A stretch of 64,000 nucleotides of DNA from NCBI GenBank assembly GCA_913009635.1, contig CAJVXI010000001.1, positions 2,915 through 66,914 on the forward strand, written 5' to 3'. The stretch is from an uncultured bacterium (GTDB taxonomy: Bacteria; Patescibacteriota; Minisyncoccia; UBA6257; UBA9933). The notes beneath the pieces were generated by a model. That model was not told the origin of the DNA. It did no database searches and saw only the letters and a list, made by a program, of their open reading frames with translations. The position numbers and the translations under genes were made by a program. This document shows positions 19,211-28,851 of this stretch, in pieces; position 1 is the first letter of the stretch, and every line of letters begins with the position of its first letter.

Positions 19211-20476
19211 ATGAGTAAGAAATATTCTATAATTTTATTATTATTGATTATTATTCTGGCAATAGGAGCCGGGATTTTTATTTACCCTTTATTCAATAAA
19301 TTAAACGTTCGTCCTTGGCGTTTAGGTTTGGATTTGGTTGGTGGCAGCCATTTAATATACGAAGTGGATATGTCTCAAGTTGATAAAAAAGACAAGGATT
19401 CAGTAATGAACGGCTTAAGGGAAGTAATTGAAAAAAGAGTTAATTTATTCGGCGTTAGCGAACCTAGAGTAACTGCCAGTAAGATAGGAGAATCTTTTCG
19501 TTTAATCGTTGAATTAGCTGGCATTAAGGATATTGGAGAAGCCGTAAAAGAGATTGGCTCAACTCCACTCTTGGATTTTCGAGAAGTTATATATACACAA
19601 ATAGAAGAAAAGACGAATGATAATACAAAAGAAAGCATTCAATTCATTCCGACAAATTTAACTGGTCGTTATATGGAAGGGGCTCAACTTGATTTTAATC
19701 AAACAACAGGTGCTGCTCAAATAAATATTCAATTTAATAGCGAAGGAGCAAAAATTTTTGAAGAGTTAACTGAAAAAAATGTTGGGCAGCCATTGGCAAT
19801 TTTTCTTGATAATCAACTTATTGAAATGCCTATGGTTAGAGAAAAAATTACTGGCGGTCGGGCGCAAATTACCGGGAAATTCACGATTGATGAAGCTAAA
19901 AAAATGGTGGAGCGTTTCAATGCAGGCGCTTTACCAGCTCCAATTAATTTAATTAGTCAGTATACTATTGGAGCTAGTTTAGGTGCTAGGTCTTTGGATA
20001 GCGCAATCAAGGCAGGGGCATGGGGAATACTTCTGATAATGATTTTTATGGTTCTTTATTATAGGAGTTTTGGAGTTTTTGCTTCGCTAGCGCTTTTAAT
20101 TTACGTTATTTTGACTTTATCTGTATTTAAGAGCCTATCGATTACCATGACTTTAGCTGGTATTGCAGGATTTATTCTTTCTATTGGAATGGCAGTTGAT
20201 GCTAATATTTTAATTTTTGAAAGAACTAAAGAAGAAATCAAAAAAGGCCTTTCACGAATTTCAGCTGTTGAGGAAGGATTCAAGCGGGCTTGGTCATCAA
20301 TTCGTGATTCCAATATTGCTACTATTATTAGTTCAGTTATTTTGTATTATTCTACCTCAAGTTTTGTAAAGGGATTTGCTTTAGCGCTTTTAATCGGAGT
20401 TTTAGTTTCAATGTTTAGCGCAATAACAGTGACAAGAACAATGTTGAGAGTGTTCACGCGAGCCACTAGCGACTAG
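19211..20476 (+). CDS. secD: Protein translocase subunit SecD
   Basis: LGLDLVGG, RVNLFGVSEP, GMAVDANILIFER. Confidence 0.96.
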   Translation: MSKKYSIILLLLIIILAIGAGIFIYPLFNKLNVRPWRLGLDLVGGSHLIYEVDMSQVDKKDKDSVMNGLREVIEKRVNLFGVSEPRVTASKIGESFRLIVELAGIKDIGEAVKEIGSTPLLDFREVIYTQIEEKTNDNTKESIQFIPTNLTGRYMEGAQLDFNQTTGAAQINIQFNSEGAKIFEELTEKNVGQPLAIFLDNQLIEMPMVREKITGGRAQITGKFTIDEAKKMVERFNAGALPAPINLISQYTIGASLGARSLDSAIKAGAWGILLIMIFMVLYYRSFGVFASLALLIYVILTLSVFKSLSITMTLAGIAGFILSIGMAVDANILIFERTKEEIKKGLSRISAVEEGFKRAWSSIRDSNIATIISSVILYYSTSSFVKGFALALLIGVLVSMFSAITVTRTMLRVFTRATSD

Positions 20477-20555
20477 CCACTAGTGATTAGTGTTGACAAC
20501 AAAGTTTTTTAGTGACTAACTCCCTAGTGGCTAGTGGCTAATTTACTAGTGGCTT
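20461..20555. repeat. Hairpin element family B (supplies secD stop codon)
   Basis: agccactagcgactagccactagtg...ctagtggctagtggct. Confidence 0.9.
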
Positions 20556-20561
20556 AAATTT

Positions 20562-21470
20562 ATGAATATAATAGGACATCGTAAAATTTTTCTTTCTATT
20601 TCCGGCATTTTAGTCATTGCTAGTATTATTGCTGTTGTAGTTTTTGGTCTTAAACCGGGAATTGATTTTGTTGGCGGTACTTTATGGCAACTTCGATTAA
20701 CGCAGACAAACGCAGATGGTACGCGGATAAACGCAGATTTAATAAAAAATTTTTTTGAAGAAGAATTAGCAGTAAAAAATATAACTATTTATCCATCAGA
20801 AGATAAGAGTTTTCTGATTCGATTTGGTCATATTTCTGAAATTGAACATCAGCAATACATTCAAGCGTTTAATAATAAATTTGGAGAAATTGAGGAGATG
20901 CGTTATGAAACAATCGGACCGACAATAGGCGTAGAGCTTAAGAAAAAAGCTATTTGGGCGATTATTTTGGTACTTTTGGGAATTTCTTTGTATATTTCTT
21001 TTGCTTTTAGAAAAGTATCTTATCCGATTAAATCTTGGAAATACGGAATTATTGCTTTAATTACGCTTTTTCATGATGTTTCTATTTCTGTTGGATTTTT
21101 GGCTATTTTTGGCTGGCAATTAGGAATCGAATTAGATACAAATTTTATAGTGGCTCTTTTGGTAATTATGGGTTTTTCAATTCATGACACTATCGTAGTT
21201 TTTGACCGAATTAGAGAGAATGTTTTAATCAATCGTCATCGTCTTAAATTAGATGAAATTATTAATCAAAGCGTTAACCAGACAATAATGCGTTCAATTA
21301 ATACTTCATTTACTTTAATATTGGTATTATTAACTTTATTCTTTATTGGTCCTGCTTCATTAAAATATTTTATTTTAGTGATATTGTTGGGTACAATTAT
21401 TGGCACTTATTCTTCAATCTTTGTAGCTTCACCGCTATTGACAATTTGGCACAAATCTGATAAAAAGTAG
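20562..21470 (+). CDS. secF: Protein translocase subunit SecF
   Basis: GIDFVGG, IGPTIG, HDV, GFSIHDTIVVFDRIRE, GTYSSIFVASP. Confidence 0.96.
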   Translation: MNIIGHRKIFLSISGILVIASIIAVVVFGLKPGIDFVGGTLWQLRLTQTNADGTRINADLIKNFFEEELAVKNITIYPSEDKSFLIRFGHISEIEHQQYIQAFNNKFGEIEEMRYETIGPTIGVELKKKAIWAIILVLLGISLYISFAFRKVSYPIKSWKYGIIALITLFHDVSISVGFLAIFGWQLGIELDTNFIVALLVIMGFSIHDTIVVFDRIRENVLINRHRLKLDEIINQSVNQTIMRSINTSFTLILVLLTLFFIGPASLKYFILVILLGTIIGTYSSIFVASPLLTIWHKSDKK

Positions 21471-21494
21471 AAAGAGTACGAAATACTAAATAAT

Positions 21495-22532
21495 ATGAAA
21501 GTTATGATTAATCTTAATGAAATAATCAACAATTTAATCAGTGATTTGACTCCGCGACAAAAAGAAATCCTAGAAGGAAGATTTGGATTAAAGACGGGAC
21601 ATAAAATGACTTTAGCTGCTTTAGGGGAAAAGTATGGTCTTACTCGGGAGAGAGTGAGGCAGATAGAAGAAGAAGTTTTGAAGTCAATTGCCAAGAAAAT
21701 TAAATTAGGTCCAACAGCTAAAATTTTAACGGAGATAACTAATTATTTTAAAAAAATTGGCAATGTACGTCGTGAAGATTTTTTAGTTGAAGATCTTAGA
21801 AAATTATTAAAAGATAAAACTTTAACGACTTGGCAGCTCAAGTTTATTTTTGAGGCGGCTGGTTATCCTAATTATCACATTGAGGATAAAAATTTTTATA
21901 GTTTTTGGTATAAAGATAAGGCAATATTTAAGAAAGTTAATGATTTTATTAATAAATTGACAAAATTTTTCAGTAACAAAAAAGAAGATTTGATTACTCA
22001 TAAAAAATTTGACAAACTCTTTACTCAAATAATTAAACCTCACGCTTTACAAGATGTAATTGCATTAAATTATATTTCGGTTTCCAAAAAATTTGACACT
22101 AATAGTTATGGTGATTTTGGATTGAGCCATTGGGAAGAAATTAGACCTAAAACAATGAGAGCTAAGGCATACTTGGTGATAAGAAAACATCAAAAACCAA
22201 TGCATTTTAAGAAAATAACAGAATCAATTAATAAAGCTAATTTTGATAAACGAGTGGCTTTGCCTCAGACTATTCATAATGAATTAATTAAAGATCCACG
22301 ATTTGTTTTGGTTGGCCGTGGAATGTACGGTCTTAAAGAATTTGGCCTTATGCCTGGAACTGCCAGAGAAGTTATTGCTCGGCTGCTAAAAACTAAAGGA
22401 CCACTTTTATCTTCTGAAGTAATAAATTTAACTCTTCAACAAAGAGTTCTTAAGAAATGCACTATTCTTCTTAATCTCCAAAATAAAAAGCATTTCAAGC
22501 GATTGCCTGATGGAAGATATCACGTAGCATAA
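21495..22532 (+). CDS. Sigma-70 region 4 plus HARE-HTH domain protein
   Basis: RFGL...TLAALGEKYGLTRERVRQIE; C-terminal PMHF...TIHNELIKDPRFVLVGRGMYGL. Confidence 0.75.
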   Translation: MKVMINLNEIINNLISDLTPRQKEILEGRFGLKTGHKMTLAALGEKYGLTRERVRQIEEEVLKSIAKKIKLGPTAKILTEITNYFKKIGNVRREDFLVEDLRKLLKDKTLTTWQLKFIFEAAGYPNYHIEDKNFYSFWYKDKAIFKKVNDFINKLTKFFSNKKEDLITHKKFDKLFTQIIKPHALQDVIALNYISVSKKFDTNSYGDFGLSHWEEIRPKTMRAKAYLVIRKHQKPMHFKKITESINKANFDKRVALPQTIHNELIKDPRFVLVGRGMYGLKEFGLMPGTAREVIARLLKTKGPLLSSEVINLTLQQRVLKKCTILLNLQNKKHFKRLPDGRYHVA

Positions 22533-22534
22533 AG

Positions 22535-22630
22535 AATTGTTAAATTGTTATATTGTTATTTATTTAATAAAAAAAAACTCGTAAAATTCATTTCAACAAT
22601 TTAATAATTTAACAATTTAGCAATAAATTT
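22535..22630. repeat. Hairpin element family F
   Basis: aattgttaaattgttatattgtt...aacaatttaataatttaacaatttagcaat. Confidence 0.75.
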
Positions 22631-23998
22631 ATGTCCGAGCTGTTTATAGAGCCTTTTTCTCTTATTGTAGATTTCTTCAGGACTTACTCAGTAATTTTTC
22701 AATGGCTGGGGATTTTTATTTTATTAATAGTGTTGTTTAAAGTATTTGAGCAGGCATGGCTTTTTCATCGACGATCACTTTATAAAAATAATATTAAATG
22801 GATTCTTTTAGAAATTAAGATTCCTCGGGAAGTTCAAAAAACGCCTTTGGCAATGGAGCAGTTTTTTATGAGTATTCATAGTTTAAAAAATACCCCAGGT
22901 AATTTTTTTGAAAAATATATTGAAGGAGTAGTAACTATGTGGTGGAGTATGGAAATAGTGAGTTTTGGCGGTGAGATTCATTTTTATATTAGAACTTCTG
23001 AAAGACACAAGAAAATAATTGAGGCAGGTCTTTATGCTCAATATCCATACGTAGAGGTGTCTGAGGCAAAGGATTATATAGATGAATTTTCAAAAGAAAC
23101 TAAAGAGATTTACCAGAAAGGATATGATATTTTTGGAGGCGAATTTATTTTGGATAAAGAAGATGTTTATCCAATTACCACTTATGAATATTTTGAAAAA
23201 GACAAAGAAGAGTTGGCTATTGATCCGATTTCCACGCTTTTAGAAACTTTTTCTAATATTCATAAAGAAGAGACGGTGTTTATGCAAATTCTTATTCGGC
23301 CGATTGGGTCTGAATGGCATGATGCAGGAAAGAAATTAGTGGATAAGCTAGTTGGCAGAAAAGAGCAGAAAAAAGGCGGCGGAGGAGATACTTTAGCTGA
23401 TACAGCAAGGAACGTATTTATGGCGCCGATTGAACATCCGGCATGGTCTGAAAAAGCAGATAATAAAGAAGAAAAAGATTTGATGAAAAAGTTAACTCAC
23501 GGCGAACAGGAAATTATTAAAGCAATTGAAAGAAATATTTCAAAACCGGGTTTTGATACTGTAATTCGTTATGTTTATTACGCGCAAAACTCTGTTTTTA
23601 ACGCTAATTTCGCCAAAATGGGTCTTTTGGGAGCAATAAATCAATATGCCTCACAATCTCTTAATTCTTTTAAGGGAAATAAAATGATTGAAACACGAAG
23701 CCGCTGGATTTTTTTTCCGTATCTTTTTGTTAATAAAAGAATTGAAGCCAGAAAACAGCGGCTTTTATATAATTACCGTAATAGGAAAATGCCGGAAGAA
23801 TTAAAATTAGGCAGAGTTTATACGTCGCATCCTTTAAATTTTAATACTAAATCAAAGAGTTTTATTTTAAGCACCGCGGAATTAGCCACTATTTATCATA
23901 TCCCAGCTGAAGGGGTTTTGACTGCTCCGCATACCAAAAGAGCTGAAAGCAAGAAAATGGGTCCTCCGGCTGGCTTGCCAATATTTACAGAAGAATAA
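22631..23998 (+). CDS. Conserved membrane-anchored protein associated with VirD4-like ATPases
   Basis: N-terminal TM, LLEIKIPRE..KTPLAMEQ, SMEIVS.GGEIHFYI, ELATIYH.P. Confidence 0.65.
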   Translation: MSELFIEPFSLIVDFFRTYSVIFQWLGIFILLIVLFKVFEQAWLFHRRSLYKNNIKWILLEIKIPREVQKTPLAMEQFFMSIHSLKNTPGNFFEKYIEGVVTMWWSMEIVSFGGEIHFYIRTSERHKKIIEAGLYAQYPYVEVSEAKDYIDEFSKETKEIYQKGYDIFGGEFILDKEDVYPITTYEYFEKDKEELAIDPISTLLETFSNIHKEETVFMQILIRPIGSEWHDAGKKLVDKLVGRKEQKKGGGGDTLADTARNVFMAPIEHPAWSEKADNKEEKDLMKKLTHGEQEIIKAIERNISKPGFDTVIRYVYYAQNSVFNANFAKMGLLGAINQYASQSLNSFKGNKMIETRSRWIFFPYLFVNKRIEARKQRLLYNYRNRKMPEELKLGRVYTSHPLNFNTKSKSFILSTAELATIYHIPAEGVLTAPHTKRAESKKMGPPAGLPIFTEE

Positions 23999-24048
23999 AA
24001 CTTTGAAACTCTGAAATTTTTAAACTCTGAAACTTTAAACTTTTAAGC

Positions 24049-24570
24049 ATGGTCACATTTTTTTCTATTCTAAAAATTATCATTACTGTTTTATTAGCCG
24101 GACTTTTAACCGGTATCTTGGTTTTATTTGTAAAATCGTTTCATTTTGGGCCTAAAATAAGAATTTTTCATGCAATGAATTTTGCTAAGGAGTCTAAGGT
24201 TTCTGATAGCCGATATCAAGAAATTATGCGTCATCGGGAAATTATTCGTAGAAAATGGGAAAAATTGTTAGAGAAAATAAAATCCGGCGATGAACGAGAT
24301 TTACGTTTGGCAATTATTGAGGCTGACAATTTAGTTGATGAGATTTTAATTAGACATGGCTATTCGGGGAAAGATATGGGAGAGCGTTTAAAATCTATTC
24401 ATCCCAGCGAAATTGAAAATCTTGACGATTTATGGAAAGCGCATAAAATTAGGAATAGAATAGCTCATGAGTCGGAATTTCATATTGCTCAAGTAGAAGC
24501 TAAAAAAATAATTACTGTTTATCATAAGACATTAAAAGATTTAACGTCAAAAGATTTGGAGCTTGTGTAA
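24049..24570 (+). CDS. Conserved hypothetical protein (N-terminal TM)
   Basis: LAIIEAD...G.DMGERLK...W.AHKIRNRIAHE motif. Confidence 0.65.
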   Translation: MVTFFSILKIIITVLLAGLLTGILVLFVKSFHFGPKIRIFHAMNFAKESKVSDSRYQEIMRHREIIRRKWEKLLEKIKSGDERDLRLAIIEADNLVDEILIRHGYSGKDMGERLKSIHPSEIENLDDLWKAHKIRNRIAHESEFHIAQVEAKKIITVYHKTLKDLTSKDLELV

Positions 24571-24571
24571 A

Positions 24572-24774
24572 GCGTAATGCCAATATACGAATGCGTACTA
24601 ATGATACAAATAAATAAATACTAATATATGATGCCAATATACTAATGGATACTAATGATACAAATAAATACTAATTCGTATGTATTAGTATAATTAGCAT
24701 GAATTCGTATATTAGCATTTCACATAAGTATAATTAGCATGAATTAGTATATTAGCATTACATTAAGCGAAGCA
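24572..24774. repeat. Hairpin element family A, long form
   Basis: Near-identical to 11904-12112; fills the whole intergenic space. Confidence 0.9.
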
Positions 24775-26214
24775 ATGAGAGAAGGTAAAATCCAAATAAT
24801 TAAATACGCTCCGCCTCCACCGGATTTACCAATCTATGGTCAGGTAGATCCAAATGAAACTTCTTTTTTTGGCAGGACCAATTACGAGGCAGGTTTAGAA
24901 TCAAAAAGATTCATTTTTGGCATTAAAAGACGAGATAGGCGTCGCCATTTTTATGTTGTTGGTAAATCAGGGGTTGGTAAATCAAAACTTTTAGAATTAT
25001 TAATTCGTCAGGACATTACTTATGGACATGGTTTGTGTCTGATGGACCCGCACGGTGATGTTATTGCTAATATTCTTGATTTTATTCCCGAGCATAGAAT
25101 AAAAGACGTAGTTTTAATTGACCCTTCGGATACTCAATGGCCGGTTTCTTTTAATCCATTGATGAATATTACTCCTGAACTGAAGCATCAAGTTACTCAA
25201 GGTTTGATTGAGGTAATGGAAAAACAGTTTGGCGCTAATTGGACTCCACGGTTGGAGCATGTTTTTAGATTTACATGTTTGGCTTTATTGGATTATCCAG
25301 GTGCAACAATGAGAGGGATGATTTTAATGTTAACTGACAGGAATTATCGTCACAAAGTTATTGAATATATTGAAGATGAAATGGTTAAGCGGTTCTGGGC
25401 GATTGAATTCGCTGATTGGTCAGAGAAATTTGATACAGACGCTATTATCCCTTTAGTAAATAAATTAGGACAATTTCTTTCAAATCCTTTACTTCATTAT
25501 ATTTTTGGCCAAAAAGACAATAAAGTTGATATTCAAAAGATAATGAATGAAGGAAAAATTCTTTTAATTAATTTGTCTAAAGGAAAGTTAGGAGAAGAAA
25601 ATTCCAGTTTTTTCGGTTCAATGTTTATTACTAAAATTCATCAGGCAGGCATGGCAAGAGCTGATATATCCGAAGAAGAGCGAAAGGATTTTTATCTGTA
25701 TGTTGATGAGTTTCATAATGTAGTTACTGATACTTTTATCAATGTTATAACTGAAGCGAGAAAATACGGTATTTGCGCAACTTTAGCTCATCAATATCGA
25801 GCCCAGCTTCCTATACAGATTATGGCAACTATTTTGGGTAATGTCGCTAATATTGTTATTTTTAGAGTTGGCGGAGATGATGCCAAGTTTTTTGAGAAAG
25901 AAATGACACCTGTTTTTAAAGATAAAGATATGATTAATCTGGGAATGCAGGAATTTTATATCAAGATGACTATTGACGGTGAAACTCATGATCCTTTTTC
26001 AGCTGAAACTTTAAAAATTCTTTCACCTACGCATCCTTCTTATAAAAATGAAATTATTGAATATAATCACAAAACGTATTGTTTGCCATTAGAAGAAGTA
26101 AAAAGAAAAATTACTGAAGCAGAAGGATTAACTGTACAGCAGCAGTCAAAGGTCGCAGAAACCACTCCTGGCGAGTCTCGTTCTGATGAACGGAAAGAAG
26201 AGCCAATCGTGTAA
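24775..26214 (+). CDS. VirD4/TraG/HerA-like P-loop ATPase
   Basis: RRRHFYVVGKSGVGKS, DPHGD, YVDEFHN, EARKYG..TLAHQ. Confidence 0.85.
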   Translation: MREGKIQIIKYAPPPPDLPIYGQVDPNETSFFGRTNYEAGLESKRFIFGIKRRDRRRHFYVVGKSGVGKSKLLELLIRQDITYGHGLCLMDPHGDVIANILDFIPEHRIKDVVLIDPSDTQWPVSFNPLMNITPELKHQVTQGLIEVMEKQFGANWTPRLEHVFRFTCLALLDYPGATMRGMILMLTDRNYRHKVIEYIEDEMVKRFWAIEFADWSEKFDTDAIIPLVNKLGQFLSNPLLHYIFGQKDNKVDIQKIMNEGKILLINLSKGKLGEENSSFFGSMFITKIHQAGMARADISEEERKDFYLYVDEFHNVVTDTFINVITEARKYGICATLAHQYRAQLPIQIMATILGNVANIVIFRVGGDDAKFFEKEMTPVFKDKDMINLGMQEFYIKMTIDGETHDPFSAETLKILSPTHPSYKNEIIEYNHKTYCLPLEEVKRKITEAEGLTVQQQSKVAETTPGESRSDERKEEPIV

Positions 26215-26295
26215 GAGTAATCACTAATTAGCGAATACTCGCGAATATAGCGAATTCGCCATATTCGCAAAGATTTGTAATTCGCGAACACTCCC
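26215..26295. repeat. Hairpin element family D
   Basis: gagtaatcactaattagcgaatac...ttcgcgaacactc. Confidence 0.85.
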
Positions 26296-26601
26296 ATGAT
26301 ATTTATTTATACAACTTGCCAAACTGCTGATGAAGCTAAGAAAATCGGCAAAATGATTATTGAAAAGAAATTAGCTGGCTGCGTTAATATTTGGCCTATC
26401 AATTCAATGTATTTTTGGAAAAACGAATTTAAAGAAGAGGAGGAAACAGTGCTTTTAATAAAGACAATTGAAGCAAGACTTCAAGAGATTGAAGATTTAA
26501 TTCAGGGCAGTCATAGCTATAGTGTTCCTTGTATTGCAACTATAGATATTAAGCGGATAAACCGTCCATATAAGGAATGGTTGGCGCAATGCATTGAGTA
26601 G
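26296..26601 (+). CDS. cutA: Divalent cation tolerance protein CutA
   Basis: KLAGCVNI, SMYFW, HSYSVPCI, YKEWL. Confidence 0.92.
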   Translation: MIFIYTTCQTADEAKKIGKMIIEKKLAGCVNIWPINSMYFWKNEFKEEEETVLLIKTIEARLQEIEDLIQGSHSYSVPCIATIDIKRINRPYKEWLAQCIE

Positions 26602-26772
26602 AAATTTCAAATAACAAATTCCAAATCTCAAATCCTTCAACCCCGAGAATTTCAGGACCGAGGGGTAAATTCCAATGACCGAAACGTGTTTGAAATTTTA
26701 AATTTAGAATTTGGTGCTTATTTGTTATTTGGTGCTTGGAATTTGGTGCTTTTTAATACTTAGATTTAGCAA
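26602..26772. repeat. Hairpin element family E
   Basis: Reverse complement of 13405-13590, including ccttcaaccccgagaatttcaggaccgagggg. Confidence 0.85.
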
Positions 26773-26778
26773 TATATT

Positions 26779-28518
26779 ATGTCAAATACTCCCCAATTTA
26801 ATAAAGCTCTAAACGACATTTTAACTACCCTTACGCCTCATCAAAAAACCTGCCTTCAATGCAACAGTGTTTTTGATATTTTTCAGGAAGATATTGATTT
26901 TTATAAAAAACTGAAAGTGCCTCCTCCAACATTGTGTCCAGAATGTAGAAAGCAAAGAAGATTTGCTTTTTATAATACTATTTTAAAATTTTATAAAAAG
27001 GATTGTTCTGCTCATAAGGATGAGAAGCCCATTTCTACTTTTTATTCTCAAAGTCCGTATAAAATATTTGATTTAAAATATTGGTGGTCTGACAAGTGGG
27101 GTGGGGAAGATTATTCCAGAGATTACGATTTTAATAAGACGTTTTTTGAACAATTTCAAAAATTTAATTTATTGGTTCCGCATCCTGCAATTACTCATTA
27201 TTGGAAAGGAGTAATTAACAGCCCTTATACGATTTCTATTATTGATGTTAAAAATTGTTATTTTACGTCTTTAGGAGGGTATCTTGAAAACGTCCATTAT
27301 TCGCATTGGATGGGTGAATCAAAAGATTGTTTAGATTCTTTAAATTTTGGCAGGTGTGAGAACTGCTACGAACTTATAACTTCCGATAACTGCTATAATT
27401 GCAAATTTTGTCATGATTCTTTTAGTTGCGTTGACAGTACTTTTTTGTATGATTGTAAAAATTGTCAAAGTTGTTTTGGATGCGCGAATTTAAGGCATAA
27501 ATCGTATTGTTTTTTTAACGAACAATTAACAAAAGAAGAATACAATAAAAGAATTCAGGAAATTAATTTAGGGAATAGAGATACTGTTAATGAGTACATC
27601 AAGAAATTTGAAGCTCTTATTAAAAAATCAATTAGAAGAAATTTACTTAATGATAAGAAGAATGTTGATTGCGTTGGGGATAGGATATGGGAATCAAAAA
27701 ATTGTTATCAGGTTTTTAGGGCTGAACAAACGGAAAATTTGCGTTATTGCGTGGATGTAGCGCATGAAATAAAAGATTCAATGGATATCTGGGTAATTGG
27801 TCCACATGTTGGTTTATCTTACGAACTTATAGAGGCGTATGATTGTTCTAATATCAAATTTTCTTATTTTATTAAAGACGGCATAGACCTGGAATATTGC
27901 CTTGAATGCCACAATTGTCAGAATTGTTTTGGATGTGTAGGTTTGCGTAATAAAAAATATCACATTTTTAACAAATCATATTTAGAAGAAGATTATTGGA
28001 AAAAATTAGATGAAATTAAAGTAAAGATGTTGAAAGACGGCGAATATGGCGAATTTTTTCCAGCATCAATAGCGCTTCATCCATATAATAATACTTATGC
28101 TTCAGTGGAATTTCCTTTATCAGAAAAAGAAGCAAAACAAAATGGCTGGGATTGGCACGAAGATGAATTAGGAGCAGATATTGGAAATTTAGAGTTAATT
28201 GAGGCAAAAGACGTGCTAAAAGATATTAAAGATGTTGATGATGATATTCTTAATAAAGCAATAATTTGCGAGACATCAAAAAAACCATTTAGAATTATAA
28301 AAGCAGAACTGGATTTTTATAGAAAGAATAATTTACCTCTTCCCATAAAACATCCATATAATAGATTACTTGAAAGATTCCAAAAAAGAAATCCTTCAAA
28401 AATCTGGAAATCATCCTGTTTTAGATGTCATAATGATATGTACACTTCCTATCCGCTTAAAAAACAGGAAGAACTAAAGATTTACTGTGAAAAGTGTTAC
28501 CAGGAGGAAGTTGTGTAA
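26779..28518 (+). CDS. Cysteine-rich repeat hypothetical protein
   Basis: PPPTLCPECR, WWSDKW, repeated C.NC..CFGC..LR.K.Y, GEYGEFFP, terminal YCEKCY. Confidence 0.75.
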   Translation: MSNTPQFNKALNDILTTLTPHQKTCLQCNSVFDIFQEDIDFYKKLKVPPPTLCPECRKQRRFAFYNTILKFYKKDCSAHKDEKPISTFYSQSPYKIFDLKYWWSDKWGGEDYSRDYDFNKTFFEQFQKFNLLVPHPAITHYWKGVINSPYTISIIDVKNCYFTSLGGYLENVHYSHWMGESKDCLDSLNFGRCENCYELITSDNCYNCKFCHDSFSCVDSTFLYDCKNCQSCFGCANLRHKSYCFFNEQLTKEEYNKRIQEINLGNRDTVNEYIKKFEALIKKSIRRNLLNDKKNVDCVGDRIWESKNCYQVFRAEQTENLRYCVDVAHEIKDSMDIWVIGPHVGLSYELIEAYDCSNIKFSYFIKDGIDLEYCLECHNCQNCFGCVGLRNKKYHIFNKSYLEEDYWKKLDEIKVKMLKDGEYGEFFPASIALHPYNNTYASVEFPLSEKEAKQNGWDWHEDELGADIGNLELIEAKDVLKDIKDVDDDILNKAIICETSKKPFRIIKAELDFYRKNNLPLPIKHPYNRLLERFQKRNPSKIWKSSCFRCHNDMYTSYPLKKQEELKIYCEKCYQEEVV

Positions 28519-28545
28519 TTATAATAAAAAAGTATAATTATAAAA

Positions 28546-28848
28546 ATGCATAATTTTCTTTCTTCTTTGGTTAAATATATAGTTGCCTTACTTGAACTCT
28601 TGTTGGGAATTAGATTGGTTTTAAAATTTTTAGGAGCTAGCGAAAGAGCGATGATAGTTGATTGGCTTTATAAAATAAGCGATGTAATTGTTTCGCCTTT
28701 TGATTTTATATTTTCTAATATTTACACACGACAGGGGATGATTGATATTGTGGCAATTTCAGCAATAGTAGGATATTTTATTTTAACACTTATAATTTTA
28801 AAATTATTAGACGTTCTTTTTAATAAAAAACTGACACCCGAAACTTAA
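28546..28848 (+). CDS. YggT family membrane protein
   Basis: LLLGIRLVLKFLGA..W.YKISD.IVSPF. Confidence 0.7.
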   Translation: MHNFLSSLVKYIVALLELLLGIRLVLKFLGASERAMIVDWLYKISDVIVSPFDFIFSNIYTRQGMIDIVAISAIVGYFILTLIILKLLDVLFNKKLTPET

Positions 28849-28851
28849 TAC

